The translations under genes and the position numbers were made by a program. This document shows, one piece after another, positions 50,425 to 59,411 of a stretch of DNA of 64,000 nucleotides. How positions within the stretch are numbered: the stretch's first letter is position 1; each line of letters starts with the position of its first letter. This DNA comes from Phycisphaerae bacterium (GTDB lineage Bacteria; Planctomycetota; Phycisphaerae; WQYP01): positions 24,128 to 88,127 of the forward strand of contig DASZTO010000052.1 in NCBI GenBank assembly GCA_035548175.1, given 5' to 3'. Under the pieces are notes generated by a model. It did not search any database. It was given only the letters and a program-made list of their open reading frames with translations, and had not been told where the DNA came from.

Positions 50425-50832
50425 ATGAGCAGGATTTTGTTGGCCGTGTCCGATCGCTGGGTGCCGGATTCGCGTGTGGATGCGATCGCGGCATTTGCGC
50501 AAACGCTGGGGCGGCCGATCCTGGCGGTGCATGTGGCCTATGGGACCGAGGGCGGGGGGGAAACGACGCCGGGTGAGCGGGTGCTGGAAAAGGTGGTCAA
50601 CCAGCTTCGGGGCAAGGGGGCCAAGGTCGATTCGCTGCTGCTGTTTGGCGACGATCTGGGGACGGCGATTTTGAAGACGGCGGAGGAACATCGGGCGTCG
50701 ATGATCATGCTGGGGCTGTCGAGCAAGGGGATGCTGACGCGGCTGATCGAGGGGAACGTGGCGCAGCAGATCGTTCGGGCGACGCGGGTGCCGGTGCTGA
50801 TGTTGCCGCCGGATTGGGTGGGGGCGATTTAG
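50425..50832 (+). CDS. Universal stress protein
   Basis: ILLAV, ASMIMLG, GNVAQQIVRATRVPVLML; perfect TATAAT at 50380-50385 upstream. Confidence 0.85.
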   Translation: MSRILLAVSDRWVPDSRVDAIAAFAQTLGRPILAVHVAYGTEGGGETTPGERVLEKVVNQLRGKGAKVDSLLLFGDDLGTAILKTAEEHRASMIMLGLSSKGMLTRLIEGNVAQQIVRATRVPVLMLPPDWVGAI

Positions 50833-50838
50833 GGGAGA

Positions 50839-50866
50839 AGTCAGTAGTCAGTAGACGGAAATCAGA
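50839..50866. repeat. AGTCAGT heptamer cluster between convergent genes
   Basis: agtcagt agtcagt agacgga aatcaga. Confidence 0.7.
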
Positions 50867-50868
50867 CA

Positions 50869-51231
50869 TTACTTGCCGGTGATGGGGTCGATCGTTTGAT
50901 TGATGGTGGGGTGCTGTTGTTGTTCCTGGATGGTGGGCTGGATGGCGGTGGTAGTGGGGGTGGGGGGGGTGCGGCCGAGGAGGGGGTCGAGGATGGTAGT
51001 GACCTGTGGGGTGTCGTTTTTGCTGTTGGGGAATCCGACGGCGACGAGGGGCACGGTTTGCGGGGTTCCGAGGAATTCGGCTTCGGCGCTGTTGCGATCG
51101 ACGGGCGGGGTGACGGCGCGGGACGGGCGGGCGTTGGTGGTGACGAAATCGGATTGGCAGGCGGCGAGGAGGAGCGCGCCGGCGGCAGCGGCGATGGTGG
51201 GGAAGGAGCGACGGATATGGTTCGTGTTCAT
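50869..51231 (-). CDS. Hypothetical lipoprotein
   Basis: Lipobox LLAAC; P/T/Q-rich mature part. Confidence 0.6.
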   Translation of the reverse strand: MNTNHIRRSFPTIAAAAGALLLAACQSDFVTTNARPSRAVTPPVDRNSAEAEFLGTPQTVPLVAVGFPNSKNDTPQVTTILDPLLGRTPPTPTTTAIQPTIQEQQQHPTINQTIDPITGK

Positions 51232-51301
51232 GGCGTAACCCTTTACGCAGGACACCACTGGTTGTTGATCAAAGCGCGTGCCGCGGCGCGGGAGCGTGCG
51301 G

Positions 51302-52564
51302 TCATTTTCCGATGAGCCTGGCGACTTCCATGCAATCTTTGTCGCCGCGGCCGGAGAGGTTGATGACGAGGACCTGGTCTTTGTTCATGGTGGCGGCGAG
51401 TTTCATGGCGTGGGCGACGGCGTGGGCGGATTCGAGGGCGGGGATGATGCCTTCGCGCTGGGCGGCGAGCTGGAAGGCGTCGAGGGCTTCCTGGTCGGAG
51501 ATGATTTCGTAGGAGACGCGGCCGGCGTCTTTCCAGTAGGCGTGCTCGGGGCCGACGCCGGGGTAATCGAGGCCTGCGGAGACGGAGTGGACGTCGGCGG
51601 TCTGGCCGTCGGAGTTTTGGAGGACGTAGGTGAGGGTTCCGTGGAGGACGCCGGGCTGTCCGAAGCCGAGTGAGGCGGCGTGCTGACCGAGCGCGGAGCC
51701 TTTGCCGCCTGGTTCGACGCCGAAGAGTTTGACGGAGGTGTCTTCGATGAAGGGGTAGAAGATGCCGGCGGCGTTGGAGCCGCCGCCGACGCAGGCGACG
51801 ATGGCGTCGGGGAGGCGTCCGAACTGGTCGAGGGATTGGGCGCGGGTTTCCTGGCCGATGACGGACTGGAAATCGCGAACGATCTGGGGAAAGGGGTGTG
51901 GCCCGGCGACGGTGCCGATGATGTAGTGGGTGCTTTCGACGGAGCCCATCCAGTCGCGGAGGGCTTCGTTGAGGGCGTCTTTGAGGGTTTTGAGGCCGGA
52001 CTCGACGGGGATGACGCGTGCGCCCATGAGCTTCATGCGGAAGACGTTGAGGTTCTGGCGGCGGATGTCTTCGGAGCCCATGTAGACGTCGCAGGAGAGT
52101 CCGAAGACGGCGGCGGCGGTGGCGGTGCCGACGCCATGTTGTCCGGCGCCGGTTTCGGCGATGACGCGTTTTTTGCCCATGCGGAGTGTGAGGAGGGCCT
52201 GGCCGATGGTGTTGTTGATTTTGTGGGCGCCGGTGTGGGCGAGGTCTTCGCGCTTGAGGAAGATGCGTGCGCCGCCGGCGAGTTTGGTGAGGCGCTCGGC
52301 GAAGTAAAGCGGGGTGGGGCGTCCGACGAATTGTTTGAGGTAATAGCGGAACTGCTGTTGGAAGTCGGGGTCTTTTTTGGCGCGTTCGTATTCGTCGGCG
52401 AGCTGGCGGACGGCGACCATGAGGGTTTCGGGGACGTAGGAGCCGCCGTAGGGGCCGAAGCGGCCGTGGGCGTCGGGGACGTCGGCGGAGGCGCGCGGGG
52501 CTTGGCGGGCGTGGGCCTGGACGTCTTCGGAGGAGAGGCGGTCGTTGGCGGCGGGCATAGTCAT
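51302..52564 (-). CDS. trpB: Tryptophan synthase beta chain
   Basis: [20 protein letters not shown] (PLP Lys), [36 protein letters not shown]. Confidence 0.97.
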   Translation of the reverse strand: MTMPAANDRLSSEDVQAHARQAPRASADVPDAHGRFGPYGGSYVPETLMVAVRQLADEYERAKKDPDFQQQFRYYLKQFVGRPTPLYFAERLTKLAGGARIFLKREDLAHTGAHKINNTIGQALLTLRMGKKRVIAETGAGQHGVGTATAAAVFGLSCDVYMGSEDIRRQNLNVFRMKLMGARVIPVESGLKTLKDALNEALRDWMGSVESTHYIIGTVAGPHPFPQIVRDFQSVIGQETRAQSLDQFGRLPDAIVACVGGGSNAAGIFYPFIEDTSVKLFGVEPGGKGSALGQHAASLGFGQPGVLHGTLTYVLQNSDGQTADVHSVSAGLDYPGVGPEHAYWKDAGRVSYEIISDQEALDAFQLAAQREGIIPALESAHAVAHAMKLAATMNKDQVLVINLSGRGDKDCMEVARLIGK

Positions 52565-52641
52565 GGCACCATCATAGGGGGGCGCGGGGGCGGGCGCAAA
52601 GCGACCGGGAGCGAAGCGCATGGGGCGCGTCGGAGGGCGAC

Positions 52642-52669
52642 TTGTCTGGCCGGGGGCCTCTGCTAAGAT
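52642..52669 (+). promoter_or_regulatory. Sigma70-type promoter for tRNA-Ala
   Basis: TTGTCT-16-TAAGAT with extended -10 TGn. Confidence 0.55.
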
Positions 52670-52697
52670 GGGCGACGGTGGTGGGGAAGGGCGACGC

Positions 52698-52770
52698 GGG
52701 GACGTAGCTCAATTGGGAGAGCACTAGCTTTGCAAGCTAGGGGTTGCCGGTTCGATCCCGGTCGTCTCCA
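52698..52770 (+). tRNA. tRNA-Ala (TGC)
   Basis: Cloverleaf GGGGACG/CGTCTCC with G3:U70; anticodon arm CTAGC-TTTGCAA-GCTAG; TTCGA T-loop; CCA not encoded. Confidence 0.96.
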
Positions 52771-52834
52771 GTGGGGAGGGAAATGGGGAGCGGGCCACGC
52801 GGGTGAGGCGAGGCCCGTACCCGAGGACGAAGGA

Positions 52835-52951
52835 TCAGCGGCCGAGCATTTTGGCGATGATGAAGATGAGGACGGCCCCGCCGAAGCCGCCGCCGAGGAG
52901 GAGGTAGAGGAGGGAGTAACCGATTGCGCCAACTGCTTGAATGGTATCCAT
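52835..52951 (-). CDS. 38-aa Gly-rich membrane protein MDTIQAVGAIGYSLLYLLLGGGFGGAVLIFIIAKMLGR
   Basis: GGAG upstream of ATG; host codon style; below the ORF-track cutoff. Confidence 0.7.
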   Translation of the reverse strand: MDTIQAVGAIGYSLLYLLLGGGFGGAVLIFIIAKMLGR

Positions 52952-53120
52952 AAAGGACTCCTTGTGTTCGACGGGAGGGGATAAAGCATGCGGAGTGCCA
53001 GCGCGGAAAAATCCGCGGTTGTGCCGGTTGACGGCGTGCGGGGGCGGTTGGGTAGAGGGTGCGAGGAGCGTGGGGATGGGAGGAGGAGCGGTGGGATCGG
53101 TGGGACGGGGGGAGGGGGAA

Positions 53121-53149
53121 TTGCCTTTGGAGTAGGGAAACGGTATGGT
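53121..53149 (+). promoter_or_regulatory. Sigma70-type promoter for tRNA-Val
   Basis: TTGCCT-17-TATGGT. Confidence 0.55.
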
Positions 53150-53168
53150 GATTGGCCGTTCGTTTGTC

Positions 53169-53242
53169 GGGCGATTAGCTCAGTTGGTTAGAGCGCATGC
53201 ATGACACGCATGAGGTCACAGGTTCGAATCCTGTATCGCCCA
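53169..53242 (+). tRNA. tRNA-Val (GAC)
   Basis: GGGCGAT/ATCGCCC acceptor stem; anticodon arm CATGC-ATGACAC-GCATG; TTCGAAT T-loop; CCA not encoded. Confidence 0.94.
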
Positions 53243-53360
53243 ATAGGATATAAGTTGAGCTGAACGCATGCTTTATGCGTACCCGCCTCGCGGCGGTGCG
53301 GCTCCTGAAGGCTCGAAAATACCCTGTATTACTACAGGGTTGCCGAAAGGAGTGCCCGCC

Positions 53361-54671
53361 ATGGCCCGCAAAGCCAAGTCACTGCGCGTCCCAAACTACT
53401 GCCTTCACAAGCCCTCAGGCCAAGCCTACGTCTGCCTGTCGGGTAGGTTTTTCTACCTAGGCAAGTACAAACTGAGGCCGGACGGGAAACCCGACTGCCC
53501 CCGCTACCATGAACTCATCGCCGAGTGGATTGCGGGGCGCACGACCCCAGTGGCGGAGGCCGCCCCCGACGCATCCCCTGACGCGCCGGCGGCGAGGGAG
53601 CTGACGGTGGAGGAGGTGGTGGCGCGCTTTTGGGAACACGCGAAGGGCTACTACAAACTCGCGGACGGAAGCCAGAGCAGCGAAACGGAGTCTTTCCGTC
53701 AGGCGCTCCGCCCCCTGCGCCGCCTCTTCGGGGGCACGCCAGCAAAGGACTTCGGACCCAAGCGGTTCAAGGCGGTCCGCGATGAAATGGTGCGGATGGG
53801 GTGGTGTCGGACCAACGTGAACCGGCAGGCGGCGCGGGTGCGGCAAGTGTTCAAGTGGGCGACGGAGGAGGAGCTGGTTCCGGGCGTCGTGCTACACGCT
53901 TTGAAGGCGGTGCGGGGACTGCGCCCGCATACCGACAACGTGAAAGAATCCGCGCCTGTCAAGCCGGTGACAGAGCACGCCGTCGATGCGGTGCGGCCGC
54001 TGGTATCGCGCCAAGTGGCGGCGCTCATTGATCTGCAACTTCATACCGGGATGCGCCCGGGCGAGGCGGTCATTATGCGGGCGGCGGACCTGGCGGACCT
54101 GGACAAGAAGGTCTGGCTCTACCGCCCGCCCCGCCACAAAACCGCCCACCATGGCAAAGCCCGCGAAATTCTCATCGGTCCGAAGGCACAGGAGGTCTTA
54201 CGCCCGTTTTTCACAACTAACCCAAAGGCGTATCTTTTCTCCCCACGGGACGCCGACGCGGAGGCGGGGGTGAAGGGCGGCAATCCGGGGGACCGCTACA
54301 CGGTGGCTTCCTACCGCCGCGCCATTGCCCGCGCGTGCGATGAGGCATTCCCCCTGACGCCGGACCTGGCTCACATGGCGCGCCGCGCAAGGCAGTGGCG
54401 GGCAGCGTACGCGAAGGTCAACGGCAAGCGCCTCCCGCTGAAAAAGTGCCCCCCCCGGATTCTGAAAATGTGGGAGGCGGTGAACGACTTCCTCGCCGCC
54501 AACCGCTGGCATCCCCACCAGCTCCGCCACACCTTCGCAACGGCGATCCGCGCGACGCACGGATTGGAAGTCGCACAGATATTGCTCGGCCACGCCGATA
54601 CAAAAACGACCCTGCAATACGCCGAACAGGACACGCGCCGCGCGATGGAAGTAATGCGGGAGGTGGGGTGA
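53361..54671 (+). CDS. Tyrosine recombinase/integrase
   Basis: GMRPGE (R), HKT (K), HQLRH, LLGH, TLQY (Y); YCLHKPSGQAYV arm-binding start. Confidence 0.93.
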   Translation: MARKAKSLRVPNYCLHKPSGQAYVCLSGRFFYLGKYKLRPDGKPDCPRYHELIAEWIAGRTTPVAEAAPDASPDAPAARELTVEEVVARFWEHAKGYYKLADGSQSSETESFRQALRPLRRLFGGTPAKDFGPKRFKAVRDEMVRMGWCRTNVNRQAARVRQVFKWATEEELVPGVVLHALKAVRGLRPHTDNVKESAPVKPVTEHAVDAVRPLVSRQVAALIDLQLHTGMRPGEAVIMRAADLADLDKKVWLYRPPRHKTAHHGKAREILIGPKAQEVLRPFFTTNPKAYLFSPRDADAEAGVKGGNPGDRYTVASYRRAIARACDEAFPLTPDLAHMARRARQWRAAYAKVNGKRLPLKKCPPRILKMWEAVNDFLAANRWHPHQLRHTFATAIRATHGLEVAQILLGHADTKTTLQYAEQDTRRAMEVMREVG

Positions 54672-54694
54672 TGGCAACGACGCCCCACCGCAAA

Positions 54695-54946
54695 CTACTC
54701 ATCGGTGAAGCGGATGCCCAGCACGTCATTCATGCGCATCATGTTTTCCGCGGAGATGCCGGTGATGCCGCGCAGATAATCGTAGACGAGCGACCGGCTC
54801 ATATGCTTTTCAAGCTGCACGTGGAGCCACGCGATGTTCCGCTTCCGGCGCTTGAGCGCCTCCCGCACCGCCACCCGATGGTCCCGCCATTTCGCCATGG
54901 TCCCAGACATCCGATCCGCAACAACCGCGATCATGTTACACCCCAT
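54695..54946 (-). CDS. XRE-like HTH repressor
   Basis: SRSLVYDYLRG..ISAENMMRMNDVLGI; divergent from the rightward operon; start uncertain. Confidence 0.6.
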   Translation of the reverse strand: MGCNMIAVVADRMSGTMAKWRDHRVAVREALKRRKRNIAWLHVQLEKHMSRSLVYDYLRGITGISAENMMRMNDVLGIRFTDE

Positions 54947-54968
54947 TCATGCAGGCTAAAAGTACAAC

Positions 54969-54996
54969 TTGACTGTACACAGTGAGGCTGTATTAT
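54969..54996 (+). promoter_or_regulatory. Rightward promoter overlapped by a palindromic operator
   Basis: TTGACT-16-TATTAT; ACTGT-AC-ACAGT palindrome at 54972-54983; AAGGAG RBS at 55021. Confidence 0.55.
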
Positions 54997-55033
54997 AGTC
55001 CCGAATCCCGTTCACTTTCAAAGGAGAAATGCC

Positions 55034-55381
55034 GTGGCCGTGAAAACCCCCAAGAAACCCGCTGAGGCGACTGCGCCGATCCCCAGAGGTGTCACCCCCT
55101 TGGACCCTCGACACGCCCTCAACCTGCTGGAGGAGGTCATGCAACGGGTGCGCATGGCGCAGGTTCCCGATGTCGATCCCGACGATGGCGACGCGGACCG
55201 GCTCTGGTGTCAGTTCGAAGGCGTCGCAAGCCCGAACATGATGCACATGGGCGATGGCGATCTGCGGGACTTCCGCGATGGGTTGGAGAACGCGGTGGAC
55301 ATTGTGGCGAACCTGACCAGCGCGATGATGAGGGCGGCGGTGTGGCGGCGCGTGAGGGGGGAAGTCGGGGGTGGCGCATGA
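55034..55381 (+). CDS. Hypothetical protein
   Basis: GTG start after AAGGAG; ATGA-coupled to the next ORF. Confidence 0.6.
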   Translation: MAVKTPKKPAEATAPIPRGVTPLDPRHALNLLEEVMQRVRMAQVPDVDPDDGDADRLWCQFEGVASPNMMHMGDGDLRDFRDGLENAVDIVANLTSAMMRAAVWRRVRGEVGGGA

Positions 55382-55680
55382 GGGGCACGCCGAAAGAGCG
55401 GCGCATCACGCGCAAGCTCATGGAAATCGAGGCGGCCATCCGCGCGATGCCCGACGCCGAAAATATCGCCGACGATGTTTTGGCGGCGCTCCGCCACGTC
55501 GCGCGGCGAGAAGAACTCGCAAAGGAGTACACGGCGGAAGTTCACCGCCGGATCATGCGGATGCCCGATCCGGTGGGCGCGTGCAAAGCCATCCTCGCCG
55601 AACTCCCGGCGCAGGCCGGCTCATCGATATCGAACCCATCCGACTTCACCTTGCGGCTGGCGGACGGAGGTGCGGCATGA
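55378..55680 (+). CDS. Hypothetical protein
   Basis: MRGTPKERR...; ATGA overlaps at both ends. Confidence 0.6.
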   Translation: MRGTPKERRITRKLMEIEAAIRAMPDAENIADDVLAALRHVARREELAKEYTAEVHRRIMRMPDPVGACKAILAELPAQAGSSISNPSDFTLRLADGGAA

Positions 55681-55907
55681 GGAAAACCAAACCAGTGGAA
55701 AACGGTGCAGTCCTGGCTGACATCGAACCGCTGTTAACCCCGGAAGGTGTCCGGCTGGCCCGCCGGATACTGTGGCGGCTGATTATGCGAGAGCCCGCGT
55801 ATTTCCTGAGAAAACCACCCGCGCTCGCAGTGGTTTTGAAGGAACGGGACACGCGACGAACGGCTTCCGGGAATTTCCGCTTTCCGGTTGGCGGAGGTGA
55901 CGCATGA
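55677..55907 (+). CDS. Hypothetical protein
   Basis: MRKTKPVENG...; ATGA overlaps at both ends. Confidence 0.55.
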   Translation: MRKTKPVENGAVLADIEPLLTPEGVRLARRILWRLIMREPAYFLRKPPALAVVLKERDTRRTASGNFRFPVGGGDA

Positions 55908-56200
55908 CGAGCAATGACCTTACGCGGGTGCCGGAGCAAACGACGGCGTTTCCCATCGGGCGCGTGTCGGACGAGTTGCAGTCATTCCTCTTCTACCGCG
56001 CGGCGAAGATGCCGGCGGCGGAGCTGGCGGCGCTGCTGCGGGAGTTTCACGCGCAGAGCGGATGCGGAGGCGACGCCGACGCGTTTGTGGGTGCCGTGCT
56101 GGCGCACAACGCTGGCTGGCGGCTCGCGGTGGAGCGGACGCGGCGGGAGCAAGCGGCAGCGGAAGCCGGTGCGAGGCGACTGGCCGCGAGCGTGCAGTGA
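55904..56200 (+). CDS. Hypothetical protein
   Basis: MTSNDLTRVPEQ...; ATGA overlap; GGAGG upstream. Confidence 0.6.
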   Translation: MTSNDLTRVPEQTTAFPIGRVSDELQSFLFYRAAKMPAAELAALLREFHAQSGCGGDADAFVGAVLAHNAGWRLAVERTRREQAAAEAGARRLAASVQ

Positions 56201-56329
56201 GGCGGCATCATGGGGCATCCGCGCGGCAGGCGGCGCGGGTGTCCCCGGCGTCGCCGATCTTTAAGTTTTGAGAAAAACCGATGGTTCCTTAGCTTGCTAA
56301 GTCGGGGACCGAAAAGGCGAAAACTTCAA

Positions 56330-57691
56330 ATGTTCAAGCGTGACGATTGGACCTTGTTCCGGGCAATGGACACCCTCATATCACAGGCGGGGGTGCCACC
56401 CGACCGGCTGCGGAGGCTTGTGGTTAAAGAGCTTGCGGACAACGCCTTGGACGCGGCCGGGGGCGCTGCGGTGGTGGAGCTGGACGATGGCTCATACGTT
56501 GTGCAGGATGTCGGCCCCGGCATCCCCGGCACGGATGAGGAAATCGCCGCGTTGTTCTCGATCCGCCGCCCGCTGACATCATCCAAGCTGGTGAGACTCC
56601 CAACGCGGGGCGCGATGGGCAACGGTCTACGGGTTGTGGCGGGAGCGGTCATGGCGTCCGGCGGCAGGCTGGTGGTGACAACGGGGGGCAGGACGTTGAC
56701 CCTTTGCCCCCAAGATGACGGCGGCACCGCCATTGTGAATTGCTCGCCAAGCCCGAACCGTTCCCCGGGCACGCGGATCGAGGTGTCGCTGGGAGATACC
56801 GTTCCAGCAGACCCCGACCCGCTGATCTGGGCGGAGGTGGCCATTGCGTTCGCGGACGGGGGGACACGGTACAAGGGTAAGACGTCCGGATGGTGGTATG
56901 ACGCCGACACGTTTTTTGAATTGTGCAGCGCCGCCGGCGAGCGGACGGTGAGGGAGGTGGTGGAAGGGATGGATGGATGCACCGGCGCGAAGGCTGGGGA
57001 GGTTGCGGCCGGTTTTGCCGGGCGGCGAGCGGCGGACATTTCCCGTGATGAGGCGTCGCGGCTCCTGGGGGAAATTCGGGCGCGATCAAGAGAGGTGAAA
57101 CCGTCGCGGCTGGGTTACATCGGGGACATCGATGGGTACGTGCGAGGAAAGGTGGAGGGCGTTCGGGGCCGGGACGGTGGACGCGGGGGGCCGGCGGCAA
57201 GGGTGCCCTTTGTGGTGGAGGCGTTTGCGAAGGTGCAGGACGCGGATTCTGTGATGGTGCTGGTGAACCGCTCGCCGATCACGGGCGAGGTGAGCGTTTG
57301 GCGGGGCGATGGTGACACGGCGAAAATTATTCTGGCGGGGTGCGGACTCAATCACAACATCAAGGTGGGGAGGCGGAAGCTGGGGCTGGTGGTGAACGTC
57401 ACGACCCCCTACATGCCGGTGGTGAGCGGCGGCAAAGCGCCGGACCTCAGCGAGTTTGTTGAAGCCATCGCAAGCGCGGTCATTACGGCGGCGCGGCGAG
57501 CGAAGGCGCTAGCGGGCAAGGGTGCGGGGAAACTCACAACTAAAGACATCATTGTGCGCAATCTCCCTCTTGCGGTGGCGAAGGCCAGCGGGGACGGGCA
57601 ATATCGTTACAGCATCCGCCAGTTGTTCTACGCGAGGCAGCCCGCTGGCGCAGGCGGAGGGAGTGACGATCAATTACCCGTGGTTTTGTGA
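56330..57691 (+). CDS. Type IIB topoisomerase (Topo VIII-like), N-terminal part: GHKL ATPase, transducer and catalytic-Tyr helix
   Basis: ELADNALDA, DVGPGI, RGAMGNG, GTRIEV (Bergerat fold); VNRSP and SGGK (transducer); SIRQLFY; homology leaves this frame near 57641. Confidence 0.8.
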   Translation: MFKRDDWTLFRAMDTLISQAGVPPDRLRRLVVKELADNALDAAGGAAVVELDDGSYVVQDVGPGIPGTDEEIAALFSIRRPLTSSKLVRLPTRGAMGNGLRVVAGAVMASGGRLVVTTGGRTLTLCPQDDGGTAIVNCSPSPNRSPGTRIEVSLGDTVPADPDPLIWAEVAIAFADGGTRYKGKTSGWWYDADTFFELCSAAGERTVREVVEGMDGCTGAKAGEVAAGFAGRRAADISRDEASRLLGEIRARSREVKPSRLGYIGDIDGYVRGKVEGVRGRDGGRGGPAARVPFVVEAFAKVQDADSVMVLVNRSPITGEVSVWRGDGDTAKIILAGCGLNHNIKVGRRKLGLVVNVTTPYMPVVSGGKAPDLSEFVEAIASAVITAARRAKALAGKGAGKLTTKDIIVRNLPLAVAKASGDGQYRYSIRQLFYARQPAGAGGGSDDQLPVVL

Positions 57692-58583
57692 CGTGGTGGG
57701 GACCCACGAGGCGGCGACGGGGGCGGACGTTCCGGGCATCTATCGGGATGCGAGAGGCATTTTGTATCACCCGCACGAGGGGCGGGATATTCCGTTGGGG
57801 ACGATGGCGGTGGAGCGGTACGAGCGCCCGGCGTGGACGTTCAACAAGGTGCTGTATTCTGAAAAGGAAGGCATTTTTGAGATATTGAAGCAAGAGCGGT
57901 GGCCGGAGAAAAACGACTGCGCGCTGCTGACCAGCAAGGGCTTTGCATCGCGGGCGGCGCGTGACGTGCTCGATCTCATGGGAGAGACTTCCGAAGATAT
58001 CCTGTTTTTTTTGATTCACGATGCCGACGCCTACGGCACGAGCATTTACCAATCTCTGCAAGAAGCAGCCAAAGCCCGGGCGGGGCGGACGGTGCGCGTG
58101 GTGAATCTGGGTTTGGAACCCGATGAGGCGATGGCGATGGGGTTGGAACCGGAAAAGGTGGAATCGAAGCGCAAGGCACACGCTGTTGCGGACTACGTTA
58201 CCGATCCGAAGTGGCGGAAGTGGCTGCAAACGCATCGTATCGAACTCAACGCCATGCCGACGCCAACGCTGCTGCGGTGGCTCGACACGAAGATGGAACG
58301 GTGGCACAACGGCAAGGTGATACCGCCGGCGGCGGTGCTGACCGCTGAACTGGCGGATCGGGTACGGAAGGCGGCGCGGGAGCAGATTACCGAGCGGTTG
58401 CTGCGGGAGGCGAAGGTAGATGACCTGGTGACGGTGGCGGTGGACGCGTTGGCCGAGACGATTCACGCCGCCGAGAGGGATTTGGATATAACGGTGATGC
58501 GTGGACTGTTCACCGCGACGGAAAAGTTATGGACCGCACCCATGCAAGAGTTGGCCGAGAAGATTGTGAACAAGGAGGAATAG
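57642..58583 (+). pseudogene. Type IIB topoisomerase C-terminal part (WHD remainder plus TOPRIM) in the +1 frame
   Basis: YRDARGILYHPH, YSEKEG, KGFASRAAR, HDADAYG (DxD), RIELNAM; no convincing own start, so pseudogene, sequencing error or recoding. Confidence 0.65.
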
Positions 58584-58585
58584 AA

Positions 58586-58744
58586 GTGGACAAGCGCCGC
58601 AAACCCCGCCGCATCGCGGGCAAGCCCACCCCGGTCCCCGCCGACGTGCAAGAGCGCATCGACGCGCTCATCGGGGAGGTGGGATTGGACGTGGCGGAGG
58701 TGATGGGGCTGACGGTGGCGACGGAGCGCCGGCGGAGCAGATAA
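58586..58744 (+). CDS. Small hypothetical protein (52 aa)
   Basis: GTG start with AAGGAGG upstream. Confidence 0.4.
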   Translation: MDKRRKPRRIAGKPTPVPADVQERIDALIGEVGLDVAEVMGLTVATERRRSR

Positions 58745-58851
58745 TTTCAACGGGCAAGCGGCTGATCCCCGCTTGAACGGTTCGGGGCGGGGCGCGTTCA
58801 CCTCATGGCGCGTCCCGTCCCGGCCGGCCCGGTTACATGAGGTATGGGCCG

Positions 58852-59157
58852 ATGGCCGACAAGTTTGATTTTTCCAGCCCCCAGGTTCAGCAGGTACTGC
58901 GGGAGGTTTTTTTTGATGTGCTTGGTGGGGCGGAGGTGTTCGGTGATGTGGCCGACTATTTTGAGGGAAGGAAAACCCTTGGCGAGATTGCGCGGGAATA
59001 CGACATTTCGGTAAGCGCCGCGAGGAAGCGGGCGGAGCGCGTCCGCTCCGTGCTGAAGCGCTATGGGATTTTCCCTGCGAAGTGGGAGGCGGCGAGAACG
59101 AAGGCGCGAGAGAGATACGCGCGCAAAGGGATGAAGCGGGAGGATTGCGCACCATAA
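58852..59157 (+). CDS. HTH protein, sigma70 region 4-like
   Basis: KTLGEIAREYDISVSAARKRAERV; start could be 58837. Confidence 0.55.
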   Translation: MADKFDFSSPQVQQVLREVFFDVLGGAEVFGDVADYFEGRKTLGEIAREYDISVSAARKRAERVRSVLKRYGIFPAKWEAARTKARERYARKGMKREDCAP

Positions 59158-59341
59158 AGTGCGCACGCCACCGCTTTATACGGGGGGCGTCCGGTCGGGG
59201 ACGATGTTGCGCACCGTTCGGGGCGCAGTAGATGCCTTCATACAAGGGCACAATCGGGGACTGCGCACCAGATGGTGCGCAGACGCGCCAGTAAATATAG
59301 GGCGAGCGCGGGCAGGGGCGGGAAACTGATTTTCGGAACCG

Positions 59342-59370
59342 AAGGCCGCGCGTTGCGGCCTTTTTTTATT
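59342..59370 (+). terminator. Intrinsic terminator
   Basis: AAGGCCGC-GCGTT-GCGGCCTT followed by TTTTTATT. Confidence 0.85.
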
Positions 59371-59411
59371 GGCTCGTAACTGTCGATTATCGACCAACTT
59401 AGGAGAACCCG

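Noticed and set aside
52730-52984. Acidic 84-aa + strand ORF starting inside tRNA-Ala
   Set aside because: Begins within the tRNA and is the antisense shadow of the 38-aa membrane ORF
57689-57865. Selenocysteine or readthrough of the TGA ending the topoisomerase B part
   Set aside because: Frame 0 after the TGA has no conserved motifs and stops again; homology is in the +1 frame
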